A DNA stretch of 64,000 bases from Rhodothermales bacterium (lineage in GTDB: Bacteria; Bacteroidota; Rhodothermia; Rhodothermales; Bin80): assembly GCA_028278205.1 (NCBI GenBank), contig JANQES010000094.1, positions 17,995 to 81,994 of the forward strand, written 5' to 3'. Both the position numbers and the translations under genes were made by a program. The notes below the pieces were generated by a model that was not told the DNA's origin, ran no database searches, and saw nothing but the letters and a program-made list of their open reading frames with translations. Each line of letters begins with the position of its first letter. Within the stretch, counting starts at the first letter, position 1. Below are positions 63,571 to 64,000 of the stretch, piece by piece.

Positions 63571-63651
63571 AACGCCCACGTTGGTCGAGCGGGAAAACGT
63601 CCAGGCCTGCTCAGTGCTTCATCGACGGGCAGAAAGATAGACCATCTTCCC

Positions 63652-64000
63652 CTAGAGTCCAAGGCTTTCGAGGAGGCGGGTGTCGTCGTCGGAGAGGCGT
63701 CCGGCGCGGCGGTCTGTGCGGAGACGGGCTACGAATAAGGTGTTGTAGATGCCGAGGATGGTGTCGCTGCGTTTGCTATGCTCGTCGAAGAAGACGACGA
63801 CGTCGCGGTCGCGGAGGGCTTCGTCTACGTAGAAGGCGCGGGGACCGTGCGGGCCGTCCGGCGCCGCGCCGGGGAAGCTGCGCTCCGGCTCGAAAAGTTT
63901 GACGCCGAAGTGGCAGCCCACGCACTGCGTCGGCGTCTTGAGCGAGCGCGGCAACGCCTGCGTCCGCGCGGCCAGCGCGCCGTCAGGGCCGTAGGTGAAG
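63652..64000 (-). CDS. C-terminal part of a c-type cytochrome protein (cytochrome c peroxidase-like), 5-prime partial
   Basis: The frame is open to the right edge of the window. Heme motif CVGCH. C-terminal LSDDDTRLLESL resembles CCP/MauG family ends. Confidence 0.5.
   Translation of the reverse strand, partial: FTYGPDGALAARTQALPRSLKTPTQCVGCHFGVKLFEPERSFPGAAPDGPHGPRAFYVDEALRDRDVVVFFDEHSKRSDTILGIYNTLFVARLRTDRRAGRLSDDDTRLLESLGL

Overview
GC-rich bacterial chromosomal window. Gene content and intergenic style suggest a Rhodothermus/Salinibacter-like Bacteroidota relative, but the taxon cannot be proven from sequence alone.

The right part (25.2-64 kb) is mostly ordinary housekeeping on the minus strand: SbcC, CvpA, YqeY, a BamB-like lipoprotein, a large TolB/Omp85-like protein, PGI/PMI, PTS EI and HPr, polyprenyl synthase, adk, a LuxC/LuxE pair, redoxins, an M14 peptidase, a hybrid kinase, an SNF transporter, penicillin acylase, ParA, Lnt, Maf, a GATase and FolB. 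Its intergenic spaces are filled with unusual hairpins whose arms are built from short tandem words.

The left part is accessory and lacks those hairpins. It holds two things worth follow-up:

1. A candidate RiPP locus. A radical SAM/SPASM gene is translationally coupled to an NHLP-leader precursor. The 16-aa core after a Gly-Gly site carries three interleaved Cys-X3-Asp motifs. A P450, an HExxH protein, a LuxR regulator and a partial bacteriocin-type ABC exporter lie nearby.

2. A roughly 16 kb island. It is bounded by tRNA-Pro(GGG) at 25144-25217 and a 45-nt direct repeat of the tRNA 3-prime half at 9118-9162. I saw no integrase. The island carries a six-gene minus-strand locus:
- a secreted WG-repeat protein
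- a divergent SIR2-like protein
- a membrane-anchored STAND NTPase
- a CHAT protease
- a caspase-lipase fusion
- a stand-alone caspase

The CHAT and SIR2-like proteins share a C-terminal helical adaptor-like module. The two transcription units share a duplicated promoter/5-prime-UTR module of about 160 bp. This multi-effector STAND locus is my best candidate for the undescribed system. All domain calls come from motifs read by eye and need HMM confirmation.
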